Of a stretch of DNA of 64,000 nt, positions 10,129-20,413 are shown in pieces (within the stretch, counting starts at the first letter, position 1; each line of letters starts with the position of its first letter). The DNA comes from Microcoleus sp. (GTDB lineage: Bacteria; Cyanobacteriota; Cyanobacteriia; Cyanobacteriales; Microcoleaceae): assembly GCA_042408215.1 (NCBI GenBank), contig JAYFMW010000030.1:256001-320000 (forward strand), given 5' to 3'. The notes under the pieces were generated by a model. The model worked only from the letters and a program-made list of their open reading frames with translations, was not told the origin of the DNA and ran no database searches. A program made the translations under genes and the position numbers.

Positions 10129-10346
10129 CATTAGTGTCAACTTAAGCTCAAAGGTAGTATCAGTCTACTCTTTGACGATTAAGATTCGATCCCCCCTAGC
10201 CCCCCTTAAGAAGGGGGGGACAGGAGTCTTCTCTTTCGTCACCCCCTACTCACACCCTACTCCCTTCTTAAGGGGGATTTAGGGGGATCGAGACTCAGTT
10301 AAAAGCGATATTTATCAAGGGCTTTCGGCTTAAGTTGACACCAATG
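10129..10346. mobile_element. MITE with CATT(A/G)GTGTCAACTTAA ends, inside a REP-like palindrome
   Basis: Inverted repeats at both ends, homologous to 38090-38286. Confidence 0.85.
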
Positions 10347-10414
10347 GGATCTTGGAGTGTCCCTAGGGGGATCGCTCAATCAGGGATGTCCTTCATAAAC
10401 ATACAATCTGGGTA

Positions 10415-11512
10415 TTATGAATTCAACTCAAAACTGCCGGGGATTGGTGCTTCGCCGCCCTCAAGTCCGAGGGATTCTAGCATGGCTCGGTCTTGCTCTG
10501 CGGGTTGACCCATAGTAGTAAGATAATGACCGACCAGCATAGCATTAATTCCAGCTTTTAAGCCGAGGTGTTGTAGTTCTCCCATGACGGCTTCTCTACC
10601 TCCTGCGTAGCGGATGATTTGAAGAGGAAGCATTAGCCTAAAAATTGCGATCGCCTTTAATGCTTCATAAGGATCTAGTGGAGGTAAATCGCCCAAAGCG
10701 GTACCTTTTCTAGCAGATAGCAAATTCACCGGTACCGACTCTACCTCTAACTCTCGCAAACTCAAAGCTAAATCTATTCTATCTTCCCAGCTTTCACCCA
10801 TGCCGATAATTCCGCCGCTGCAAGCTTGAATGCCTGCCGCTTTTAAGTTCTTAATTGTAGCAGTCCGATCGCTCCATTTGTGAGTTGTGACAATATTCGG
10901 AAAAAACTGCTCAGACGATTCTAAATTGTGGTTATAGCGCGTCACACCCGCAGCTCGCAATTCTTGAGCTTGTTCGACACTCACTTCTCCCAAAGCGCAG
11001 CAAGGCTTAATATTAGTTTCGTCAATAATTCGGCGCACTGTGTCGAGAATTTGCTCAAATTCTGAGGATTTCGGGCTGTTATGTTTAATCCCTTTTCCTT
11101 GAGAAACCAGACAAAATCTTTTAGCTCCCGCCGCTTCCGCCGCCTTCGCTTGCGCTAAAATCTCATCGGAGGTTTTTAAGCCATAAATCGGGACGTTTTC
11201 TCCCGGATGGTGAGCCGACTGAGAGCAAAAGCCGCAATTTTCCGAACAGTTACCAGACTTAACATTAATGATGCTGCACAAGTCTACCGTATTGCCGCAG
11301 CAAGCTTGACGCACGCGATCGGCTGCGGAGCACAACAGTAAAATATTTTCTTGGCCTTCTATTCCTGTCAGAGCCAGTGCTTCGTCTCTACCGATCCGAT
11401 ATCCTTTAATTATTTGCTCTACGAGGCTATCTAACCGTTGTTGCAGCGGTATTTCCTGGGGTAAAAGGTCGATCGAGCTCTGAGAAAATTTTGATAGTGG
11501 CGCTTGCACCAT
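10415..11512 (-). CDS. bioB: Biotin synthase
   Basis: CSENCGFCSQS, YNHNLE, CSGGIIGMGE, IRYAGGRE and YLTT motifs. Confidence 0.97.
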   Translation of the reverse strand: MVQAPLSKFSQSSIDLLPQEIPLQQRLDSLVEQIIKGYRIGRDEALALTGIEGQENILLLCSAADRVRQACCGNTVDLCSIINVKSGNCSENCGFCSQSAHHPGENVPIYGLKTSDEILAQAKAAEAAGAKRFCLVSQGKGIKHNSPKSSEFEQILDTVRRIIDETNIKPCCALGEVSVEQAQELRAAGVTRYNHNLESSEQFFPNIVTTHKWSDRTATIKNLKAAGIQACSGGIIGMGESWEDRIDLALSLRELEVESVPVNLLSARKGTALGDLPPLDPYEALKAIAIFRLMLPLQIIRYAGGREAVMGELQHLGLKAGINAMLVGHYLTTMGQPAEQDRAMLESLGLEGGEAPIPGSFELNS

Positions 11513-11741
11513 TTGTTGCACCTTATGAAAACAAACATCATTGTATGGTTTTCTGGAGCTCGAACCGATATTTTTTACAATTAAACGTGAATTTTGGGGC
11601 GGGCGATTCCCTTCGGGATAGCTTCCCTCCCGCGGACTTTACCCGTTTCTGTTCTCCCAACCGTTCCCTATATCTTATTTATTCAAAACTGTCAAGATCT
11701 TTTTTAACTAAAATATTAATATATTGTAAAATGTAAATATT

Positions 11742-11760
11742 CTTAACCTAAGCTTTACTT
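11742..11760 (+). promoter_or_regulatory. Cyanobacterial Pho box (SphR/PhoB site)
   Basis: CTTAACCT-aag-CTTTACTT repeats with 11-bp period upstream of pstS. Further TTTAACTA at 11703. Confidence 0.7.
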
Positions 11761-11810
11761 TTGAGCGCTATGCTAGTGCGGGACACCTTGTATCAGAATC
11801 AAAGCCTTAT

Positions 11811-13001
11811 ATGCTTTTTCGTATTAACCTAATTAATTCAAACCGACTGACTACCGCAATTTCGGCAATGGCGATCGCCCTCAGCTTAGCAGCTTGTGGT
11901 GGCGGCAGCACAACCACCAGCAGCACCCCCACCCCCGGCGGCGACACCGCAACAACCCCAGGCGCTGCCCCCGTTGCAGCCACCGGCACTGCAACACCCA
12001 GCAAACTCGCCCTAGCAACAGACGTAGCCATCACCGCAGCCGGCGCGTCATTCCCCGCCCCGCTGTACCAGCGTTGGTTTCAAGACTTCAACAAAATCAA
12101 CTCCAAAGTACAAATTAACTATCAATCGGTCGGCAGCGGCGCAGGAGTCGAACAGTTTACCAAAGGTACCGTAGACTTTGGAGCCAGCGACACCGCCATG
12201 AAGGACGATGAAATCGCCAAAGTGCCAGCAGACAAAGGCGTGATACTGTTGCCCATGACAGCCGGCAGCATCGTCATCGCCTACAACCTGCCAGACGTAC
12301 CCGAACTGAAACTGCCGAGAGACGTTTATGTAGACATCTTCGCCGGTAAAATTACTAAGTGGAACGACCCCAAAATTGCAGCAGCCAATCCGGGCGCTAA
12401 ATTGCCAGACCAAAATATCACAGTTGTACGCCGTTCTGACGGTAGCGGTACCACCGCCGTCTTCACCAAACACCTGAGTGCCATCAGTCCAGAATGGAAA
12501 GAAAAAGTAGGGGAAGGCAAGACAGTAGAGTGGCCTTCTCCCGGTAATGTTGGTGGCAAAGGGAATGAAGGTGTCACCGCTTCTATTCAACAAACCGTTG
12601 GTGCTATTGGCTACATTGAGTACGGCTACGCCAAAAACAACAACGTCAAATTTGCATCTTTGCAAAACAAAGCAGGCACATTTGTCACAGCTAATGACGA
12701 GTCAGCTTCTCAAGCTCTAGCAACAGCGCCACTGCCGGAAAATCTGCGAGCATTTATCGAAGACCCAGAAGGCGCTCAATCCTATCCAATTGTCACCTAC
12801 ACTTGGATGCTAGTCCCCAAAACAGTTGCTGACCCCAACAAAGCTAAAGCGATCGAGGCTATGATTGAATACGGCTTGAATGAAGGCCAAAAAGTTAGTT
12901 CTGAATTGGGCTACGTTCCTCTGCCCCAAAGCGTTAAAGAAAAAGTGGCCTTGGCGGCCGATGGCATCAGCCCCGACTACAAGATTGAGGTTGCCAAATA
13001 G
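11811..13001 (+). CDS. pstS: Phosphate ABC transporter substrate-binding lipoprotein
   Basis: LAAC lipobox, GASFPAPLY, GSGAG and RSDGSGTT motifs. Confidence 0.97.
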   Translation: MLFRINLINSNRLTTAISAMAIALSLAACGGGSTTTSSTPTPGGDTATTPGAAPVAATGTATPSKLALATDVAITAAGASFPAPLYQRWFQDFNKINSKVQINYQSVGSGAGVEQFTKGTVDFGASDTAMKDDEIAKVPADKGVILLPMTAGSIVIAYNLPDVPELKLPRDVYVDIFAGKITKWNDPKIAAANPGAKLPDQNITVVRRSDGSGTTAVFTKHLSAISPEWKEKVGEGKTVEWPSPGNVGGKGNEGVTASIQQTVGAIGYIEYGYAKNNNVKFASLQNKAGTFVTANDESASQALATAPLPENLRAFIEDPEGAQSYPIVTYTWMLVPKTVADPNKAKAIEAMIEYGLNEGQKVSSELGYVPLPQSVKEKVALAADGISPDYKIEVAK

Positions 13002-13013
13002 TAATAGAAGTCA

Positions 13014-13152
13014 GTTGACTGTTGACTGTTGACTGTTGACTGTTGACTGTTGACTGTTGACTGTTGACTGTTGACTGTTGACTGTTAACTGTTGACTGTT
13101 GACTGTTGACTGTTGGCAGTTGACTGTTGACTGTTGACTGTTGGCAGTTGTC
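13014..13152. repeat. Heptamer tandem repeat (GTTGACT)n
   Basis: Directly visible. Confidence 0.95.
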
Positions 13153-13533
13153 AGAGGGAAAAAGCCCTTCGGCTTAGCGAGTGGGTAAAAAGAAGGAAGA
13201 AAGAAGAGAGATATTTCTGTAGGGGCGGGCGATTCCCGCTCGCGAAGCGGTGCCCGCTCGCGTAGTCGAAGGGTCGAAGGGTCGAAGGGTTCACCAACAA
13301 TAATTGCCTAAAACCCACAATCTCATAAACCCGCCCCCACCCAACGGTAAATCGCTATCTACGTCTTTCAAGATATAATGGGCGGGTTGAACCAGAAATA
13401 TTTGTTGAAAAATCAGGGGATTAATTAACCCGCCCATCTTTGATTTTATCTATGGTCTTTCTTTCTGCTTCCTTCCAGCTAGCTTTTTCCTAAAATTGCT
13501 CTTTTTCATTACTAATTATTGGGTTTTTTTTCT

Positions 13534-14490
13534 ATGATTTCAGATAATAATAGCGCTCAGTCAGAGAGCAGATCGCGCTCAGGGGCAGAAAAGTCCTTAG
13601 ACCAAGCCTTCATCTGGCTGACTCGGATTTTGGGCCTAGGAATTGGGGTAATTTTGCTGGTAATCGCGCTCACGGTTACTTTCAGAGCGTTACCTGCTAT
13701 TCAACAGTACGGTTTGGGATTTCTATTTAGCAGTAGCTGGAATCCGGTTAAAGAAGAGTACGGTGCTCTGCCGATGATTTACGGGACGATCGTCAGTTCG
13801 GCGATCGGGCTCCTAATTGCAGTACCATTAGGAGTAGGAACTGCTATCTTCTTGAGTGAAGATTTTCTACCGCTACCAATCCGCACAGCTTTGGTTTTTT
13901 TGGTAGAACTCTTAGCAGCCATTCCTAGCGTAGTTTACGGTTTGTGGGGAATTGCTGTATTGATTCCCATTATTAGCACTGTCGGAAAGTTTCTCAACGG
14001 CACTTTCGGATGGCTGCCAATTTTTAGCACCCCGCCAGTGGGCCCCGGAATGTTACCAGCCGGAGTAATTTTGGGAATTATGACTTTGCCCATTATTACT
14101 GCTATCTCCCGCGACTCTTTGGTAAGTCTTCCTCCCGAATTGCGACAAGCATCTTTAGGCTTAGGAGCTACTCGCTGGACAACCATTTTTAGGGTACTCG
14201 TACCTGCTGCTTTCTCCGGCATAGTCGGCGGCATTATGCTCGGTTTGGGTCGCGCTATGGGAGAAACAATGGCTGCAACTCTGTTAATTGGCAATTCCAA
14301 TCAGTTAAGTATTTCTGTGCTAGCTCCTGCAAATACTATTGCTTCTTTGATGGCAAATCAGTTTGCCGAAGCTTCCGGCTTGCAAGTATCAGCTCTGATG
14401 TACACGGGGCTAATTTTGTTTATTATGACGCTGATTGTTAATATCTTGGCAGAGTGGATTGTTTCCCAAGTCAGAGCCAAGTACAACTAA
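13534..14490 (+). CDS. pstC: Phosphate ABC transporter permease PstC
   Basis: ELLAAIPSVVYGLWG and GRAMGETMA motifs. Confidence 0.97.
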   Translation: MISDNNSAQSESRSRSGAEKSLDQAFIWLTRILGLGIGVILLVIALTVTFRALPAIQQYGLGFLFSSSWNPVKEEYGALPMIYGTIVSSAIGLLIAVPLGVGTAIFLSEDFLPLPIRTALVFLVELLAAIPSVVYGLWGIAVLIPIISTVGKFLNGTFGWLPIFSTPPVGPGMLPAGVILGIMTLPIITAISRDSLVSLPPELRQASLGLGATRWTTIFRVLVPAAFSGIVGGIMLGLGRAMGETMAATLLIGNSNQLSISVLAPANTIASLMANQFAEASGLQVSALMYTGLILFIMTLIVNILAEWIVSQVRAKYN

Positions 14491-14640
14491 AACAGGACTG
14501 ACGTATCAAAACCAAAGAAACCGGGTTTTTTGCCGTTTATGCGGGCTTTAACGAAGTATTTTCGCAAAAAACCCGGTAGATCACCACCCGTTCGTATGTC
14601 CTATAAAAGTTGGCGACAATTTCCCATAAAATTGTAATTT

Positions 14641-15537
14641 ATGTCAAAAATCTCGTCCGAACATCGCGATTATTTTGCCTCTAAGACAGGCAGTTTGAAG
14701 AAGGTTAAAGGCAGTCCGCAATCGCTGTTCAATATCGCGATGACGGTATTAGCAGTGGCCTGTTTGGCAATTACTCTTTTGCCTTTGTTTGCAGTGCTTT
14801 CCTACGTCACCGTACAAGGTTTCAATCGCCTGAATTTAGACTTGTTTACCAAGCTGCCACCGCCACCCGGACTATCGGGAGGCGGTATTGCTAATGCAAT
14901 TCTCGGTACATTGATGACGGTGGGAATTGCTTCTTTAATTGCTGTTCCTTTTGGCGTATTGGCCGCCGTTTATTTGTCGGAATTTAGCAAAGGCTCCATA
15001 GCTCGCTGGGTTCGCTTTGCTACTAATGTCCTCAGCGGAGTTCCTTCGATTATTGCGGGGGTATTTGCCTACGGTTTGTTTGTAGTAAATATGGGAGGCT
15101 TTTCGGCAATTGCAGGCGGTGCGGCGCTGGCGGTGCTGATGTTGCCGACGATTGTGCGAACTACTGACGAAGCTCTACAAATCGTCCCTCAAGATATTAG
15201 ATGGGCATCGGTTGGTGTGGGTGCATCTAATTATCAAACGGTGTTGCAGGTGGTTTTGCCTGCGGCAATTCCGGCTATTTTAACTGGTGTGACTCTGGCA
15301 ATTGCCCGCGCTGCGGGAGAAACGGCTCCTTTGATTTTCACTGCGCTAAATTCGCCTTTTTGGCCGGCAGGATTTGATAAGCCAACTCCGTCGCTTTCGG
15401 TTTTGGTTTACAACTTTGCAACGGTTCCTTTTCAGGCACAGAAAGAATTGGCTTGGGCTGCATCTTTAATTTTGGTGTTAATGGTTTTGCTGACGAGTAT
15501 TCTTTCTCGTTGGGCAACTCGCCAAAAGGTTTATTGA
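14641..15537 (+). CDS. pstA: Phosphate ABC transporter permease PstA
   Basis: LSGVPSIIAGVF and ARAAGETAPL motifs. Confidence 0.97.
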   Translation: MSKISSEHRDYFASKTGSLKKVKGSPQSLFNIAMTVLAVACLAITLLPLFAVLSYVTVQGFNRLNLDLFTKLPPPPGLSGGGIANAILGTLMTVGIASLIAVPFGVLAAVYLSEFSKGSIARWVRFATNVLSGVPSIIAGVFAYGLFVVNMGGFSAIAGGAALAVLMLPTIVRTTDEALQIVPQDIRWASVGVGASNYQTVLQVVLPAAIPAILTGVTLAIARAAGETAPLIFTALNSPFWPAGFDKPTPSLSVLVYNFATVPFQAQKELAWAASLILVLMVLLTSILSRWATRQKVY

Positions 15538-15689
15538 AGTCATTAGTCATTGGTTATTTGTTATTTGTTATTTGTTATTGGTTATTTGTTACTCCCTGGG
15601 GGCTGGTAATAACCAATAACCAATAACTCACAACTAATAACATAACATTTTCTCGTTATTTTGTAAAATTCGCTTGGAGTATTAACTGT

Positions 15690-16487
15690 ATGATGCACTT
15701 GGAACAAAAGACTGAAACAGTTTTGCAGGTAGACAATATCAATATTTTTTACGGCGCTTTTCAAGCTGTGAAAAATGTTTCGATTGAGATTCCTAAAAAT
15801 CAGATTACTGCTTTTATCGGGCCGTCTGGCTGTGGCAAAAGTACGATTCTGCGATGTTTTAATCGTCTTAACGATTTGGTTAACGGTTTTCGTTTAAACG
15901 GTCAAATTTATTATCACGGTCAAAATCTGTACGATCCTGATATTGATGCTGTGGAGGTGCGCCGCAAGATTGGGATGGTGTTTCAAAAGCCGAATCCTTT
16001 CCCGAAGTCGATTTATGACAATATTGCTTACGGTGCAAGGGTGAATAATTATAAGGGCGATATGGATGAGTTGGTGGAAAATTCGCTTCGCCAAGCTTAT
16101 TTGTGGAATGAGGTGAAGGATAAGCTGAAGCAAAGTGGTTTTTCGCTTTCGGGTGGCCAGCAGCAGCGTTTGTGTATTGCTAGGGCGATCGCGATTAATC
16201 CTGATGTAGTATTAATGGATGAACCTTGCGCTTCTCTTGACCCGATTTCTACTAGCAAAATTGAGGAGTTGATGCGGGAACTGAAAGAGCAGTATACGAT
16301 TGTCATCGTTACTCACAATATGCAGCAAGCTTCTCGCGTTTCTGACCTGACTGCTTTTTTCAATGCTAAACTTTCTGACGATGGGAAGCGGTTCGGCTAT
16401 CTTGTGGAGTGCGACAAGACTGAGGTGATTTTCCAAAGTCCGAAGGAAGAGTCTACTATGGAATATGTCAGCGGTCGTTTTGGCTGA
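15690..16487 (+). CDS. pstB: Phosphate ABC transporter ATP-binding protein
   Basis: [25 protein letters not shown] and YVSGRFG motifs. Confidence 0.98.
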   Translation: MMHLEQKTETVLQVDNINIFYGAFQAVKNVSIEIPKNQITAFIGPSGCGKSTILRCFNRLNDLVNGFRLNGQIYYHGQNLYDPDIDAVEVRRKIGMVFQKPNPFPKSIYDNIAYGARVNNYKGDMDELVENSLRQAYLWNEVKDKLKQSGFSLSGGQQQRLCIARAIAINPDVVLMDEPCASLDPISTSKIEELMRELKEQYTIVIVTHNMQQASRVSDLTAFFNAKLSDDGKRFGYLVECDKTEVIFQSPKEESTMEYVSGRFG

Positions 16488-16776
16488 TTTGTATTTTTGG
16501 GGCTGGCGGGACGCCAATTGGTGTCAACTTAAACTCACTCATTTGTACTCCTCTGCTGTCTGACGATGAGTCCTTCGATCCCCCCTAGCCCACCTTAAAA
16601 ATGGGGGAACCGGAGCATTCAATGGTAAGGTGCGTCGCCCGAAACAATCTGCAAGTTTCATTTCTCATTACTCAGCGACGCACCCTACAGAGAGTGCACC
16701 TCACTTCATTCATAAAACCGCTATAAATTGTATTTTTGGGGCTGGTTCATTGGCCCACAACACAACAATTTCGCAA

Positions 16777-17514
16777 TTACAATACCCTAAAATATTCGAT
16801 TCCTTCCAGGATTCCCCAAGCGCAGGCAGAGCTAGCTAAATAATGATTTTTACCACCAGATTCGCGGTACCATTCTAAGAGTTCTGACTGAGCATTGGCG
16901 ACTATTACTCCCCGCACATCTTGTTCAAACATACTGATATCATGGCGCGAATCGCCGCACACTAATGTTGCATCGGCTGGAATTTTTAGGCGCTTTTGCA
17001 AATAAGTAAGGGCGTTGCCTTTAGTGCTCGTTTGTGGTAAAATATCTACCTCTCCATTGCTGCTCAAAATTATTTGAGCAGCCAGTCCAGATTCAGCTAA
17101 TTTTTGCTGCAACGCATGGAAAATAGAGGCGGTTTCCGTCACTGATTCCAGAGAAAAACTCAACTTCCAAGGATTTTGTTGATTGGAAGATTGGGGTTTA
17201 AGCTGAGAAAACTGCTGAGTTAAAGAGGCGAGGGCCATTTTATCCCAGTTCTGAGAAAGATATTCTGCCCAATCTAAATCGATGATGCCGTTTCGGTAAA
17301 TCTCGCTGCCTATACCTGTGATTAAATAGTCGGGTGCTAGCAGTTGGTTTTGGGCGATTAATTCGCAAGTGGAAGCATAAGAAGACTCCGTAGCGTAGAC
17401 TAAACAAAATTGCGATCGCTTTGATTGCAAGTGCTGGTTTAAGGCTAGAGTTGCTGGGCGATCTCCGACTAGCGTGTTGTCTAAGTCTGTCACTAATAAA
17501 TTCATTCTGGTCAT
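16777..17514 (-). CDS. Sucrose-phosphatase-like HAD-IIB hydrolase with altered motifs
   Basis: [27 protein letters not shown] and CGDS motifs. Motifs II and IV deviate from consensus. Confidence 0.8.
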   Translation of the reverse strand: MTRMNLLVTDLDNTLVGDRPATLALNQHLQSKRSQFCLVYATESSYASTCELIAQNQLLAPDYLITGIGSEIYRNGIIDLDWAEYLSQNWDKMALASLTQQFSQLKPQSSNQQNPWKLSFSLESVTETASIFHALQQKLAESGLAAQIILSSNGEVDILPQTSTKGNALTYLQKRLKIPADATLVCGDSRHDISMFEQDVRGVIVANAQSELLEWYRESGGKNHYLASSACAWGILEGIEYFRVL

Positions 17515-17926
17515 GGGGAATGGGGAATTGGGAATTGGGAATTGGGAATGGGGAATTGGGAATTGGGAATTGGGAATGGGGAATTGGGAATGGGGAATGG
17601 GGAATTGGGAATGGGGAATTGGGAATGGGGAATGGGGAATTGGGAATGGGGAATGGGGAATTGGGAATGGGGAATGGGGAATTGGGAATGGGGAATTGGG
17701 AATTGGGAATTGGGAATTGGGAATTGGGAATTGGGAATTGGGAATTGGGAATTGGGAATTGGGAATGGGGAATGGGGAATTGGGAATGGGGAATTGGGAA
17801 TTGGGAATTGGGAATGGGGAATTGGGAATTGGGAATTGGGAATTGGGAATTGGGAATTGGGAATTGGGAATTGGGAATTGGGAATTGGGAATTGGGAATT
17901 GGGAATTGGGAATTGGGAATTGGGAA
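17515..17926. repeat. About 410-bp heptamer array (GGGAATT / GGGAATG)n
   Basis: Directly visible. Explains the three spurious repetitive ORFs at 17421-17949. Confidence 0.97.
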
Positions 17927-18033
17927 TAAAAATATCTGACTATTTATAATGTTTGTTGCATAAAATAGATTTATTTGATAACAACTTAGTTAAGATTTTC
18001 TCGTTGGATTTTTGCAGAAGTGGTGTGAGTGTT

Positions 18034-18410
18034 ATGGTTAAGAATGCAACCTCCGTTAGAGCTTTTTGGCTGTGTTTTTGGGTTTCTGGCGTGGCTGTGC
18101 TTTTGCAGCCGCGACGGCTCAATTTCAGGATAACCTAACTCCAGAAGTTCCGCTAGAAGGTGATGCTGTCTCTAGGAGTATCTCAGATGAAACGCCGCGG
18201 TTGAGGTTGAACCATCGCACTTTAGCAGAAACAGCCGAGAGTCACAGCCCCAAAAGTAACGGCGGCAATTCGTGAATTTCCCCCAAAGGAGTTAGAAACT
18301 GCAAACTCTCCTCAGTCTCAAACAGTTGCTGAAGTCGGTACAGTGCCGCCGGCGCGAATTGGCGATCGGGTTTCAGAAGGAACGTTTATATCGAGCTGCA
18401 TAAGTTGATC
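18034..18410 (+). pseudogene. Possible broken N-terminus of a secreted or outer-membrane protein
   Basis: Signal-peptide-like MVKNATSVRAFWLCFW... shifts frame into AAATAQFQDNL..., followed by a stop and another shift. Confidence 0.3.
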
Positions 18411-18702
18411 TAAATTGGTTTTATTTTCGATCGCCGTTGAGCCTGTACCCTAAAGCTTACCAGAATTGCCATGTTTTTCTCAAGCCGAAGTGCTCAGGGA
18501 TAGAGATAATTTTTGGCAGTAATTTACCAGAACAAAAATTATGGTATCGATCGTTTGTCTTGGGCTTTAAATAGTTACAAATTGTAAATTATATAGCAGT
18601 TCTCAATCTTGGTGAGGTATGCCCTATGCCCTATGCCCTATGCCCTATGCCCTATGCCCTATATCAAGCGTGCACCGCACTGTTACTGAGAAAGGCTATA
18701 TG

Positions 18703-19365
18703 TCATTTATCTTGAATTATCCGGTCTAGTTCCGAAATATTATTAATAACAAACCTCGGTTGCAGCCCCAAACATTCAGTGCGATCGCCATATCCATAGG
18801 CCGCCCAACAAGCATCTATTCCAGCATTTTTAGCAAACAGCAAATCAACGGCTGTATCGCCAACCATTAAAACTTGACTGTTATCTAAATCGGGAAAAAG
18901 CGGTTTAAGAATCGAGTCAAATACAGTCGAATCAGGTTTCTGAGTGATTTCTCCGTTATCGCCTACAATTAAGTCAAAAAAACTGTGAATCTTGAATTTA
19001 TCCAAAAATAAATTGACAAAATTAACCTGTTTATTGCTGAAAACTCCAAGGCTTAATCCCGATTCGCTTGCCAACTGCAAGATGGTCTTGGTTCCGGGAA
19101 ATAGCTCTAGTTGTTTTTCACCTTCTGTGCGATAATAGGAGCGGTAAGTTTCAATCCATACAGGAATTTGGGTTTCATCGATCGCCGGAGCAAGGATTTT
19201 GAAAGTATTTGCTAAATCCATGCCGATCGTCCCTCGAATTGTAGATGACGCAGGCGGCGCGATCTGGAAATTTTCAAAAGTTTTGGTGATACAAAAGACA
19301 ATGGCTTTGTGAGTAATTGCCAAAGTGCCATCAAAGTCGAAAATAATTAACTTGTACTGACTCAT
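18703..19365 (-). CDS. HAD-IA hydrolase (phosphoglycolate phosphatase-like)
   Basis: IFDFDGTL, SNK, KP and MVGDTAVD motifs. Confidence 0.9.
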   Translation of the reverse strand: MSQYKLIIFDFDGTLAITHKAIVFCITKTFENFQIAPPASSTIRGTIGMDLANTFKILAPAIDETQIPVWIETYRSYYRTEGEKQLELFPGTKTILQLASESGLSLGVFSNKQVNFVNLFLDKFKIHSFFDLIVGDNGEITQKPDSTVFDSILKPLFPDLDNSQVLMVGDTAVDLLFAKNAGIDACWAAYGYGDRTECLGLQPRFVINNISELDRIIQDK

Positions 19366-19414
19366 ATTCCGAACCCAATCTAAAGTATAATTTTTCAGCA
19401 TTCAAGAGGTTAAC

Positions 19415-20179
19415 ATGAGTGTCACCGAAAAAACCGAATTTATAACACCAGATTTCCCAGACCACACTCAACTACCAGAATCCGACGGTACTTTTGTGAA
19501 AAACTTTCAAGAACATCCTCAAAGCATCCTGTTAACAACATCAATTAGACCCATTTTAGACCGGATTCATCCCGACGGACAATATTGCATCGGTCAAGAT
19601 TCCGGTATTTATTGGCGAGTCGCCCAACCCCCAGAACCGCCAGAAAGAGGAGCCGAAGCACCAGATTGGTTTTACGTGCCCGACGTGCCGCCAACTATCG
19701 AGGGAAATATGCGCCGTTCCTATGTAATGTGGCAAGAATTAATGCCACCTCTAATTGTACTAGAATTTGTGTCTGGAGATGGCAGCGAAAAAAGAGATAG
19801 AACTCCAAGAGAGGGCAAATTCTGGATTTACGAGCGGATAATTCGACCTGCTTTTTACGGAATTTATGAAGTAAAAAAAGCCCAAGTTGAATTGTATCAT
19901 TTGGTAGAAAATCGATTTGAGTTAGTGCGTAAAAATCAGCGCGGACATTACCAAATCGAGCAGATGGAAGTGGAATTAGGCATTTGGCAAGGGGTTTATC
20001 AGGGCGTAGAACTCCCTTGGCTACGCTGGTGGGATGCTGAGGGGAATTTGATCCAGGCCGCTGAGGAACGGGTAGAACAAGCGGAATTAGCCGCCGAACG
20101 AGAACGACAAAGGCGAATAGAAGCTGAGTTGCAAATTAAAGCTTTAGAAGCGCGTTTACGAGAGTTAGAAGGAGGGTAA
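19415..20179 (+). CDS. Uma2 family endonuclease-fold protein
   Basis: LPESDG, EAPDWFYV, LEFVSG and WLRWWD motifs with a coiled-coil tail. Confidence 0.92.
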   Translation: MSVTEKTEFITPDFPDHTQLPESDGTFVKNFQEHPQSILLTTSIRPILDRIHPDGQYCIGQDSGIYWRVAQPPEPPERGAEAPDWFYVPDVPPTIEGNMRRSYVMWQELMPPLIVLEFVSGDGSEKRDRTPREGKFWIYERIIRPAFYGIYEVKKAQVELYHLVENRFELVRKNQRGHYQIEQMEVELGIWQGVYQGVELPWLRWWDAEGNLIQAAEERVEQAELAAERERQRRIEAELQIKALEARLRELEGG

Positions 20180-20413
20180 AATCAGTTGAGCCGATCGGCA
20201 AATATCGAGAGTCGATCGCAATTGTCAGAATCCAGAGGGCGGGTGGATTAAATTATTGGTTTTGAGGCGTAAATGGCGGGTTTTACCCGCCCAGGAGCAC
20301 ATATTCTTGCTGATTTATCCGGTTTGTAGTATGGAAATTTAAAAAAATATCACTTCTCATCCAGAAGCTGCTTATATTATTTGATAAGTATTGCATCATT
20401 TTGTGTAGAGTAT

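Noticed and set aside
12048..12665. Long antisense ORFs over pstS, cpcG, ftsH and psb32
   Set aside because: Shadow frames of well-supported genes with no motifs of their own.
17421..17949. Three repetitive ORFs (GNWELGI...)
   Set aside because: They are translations of a stop-free heptamer array in all three frames.
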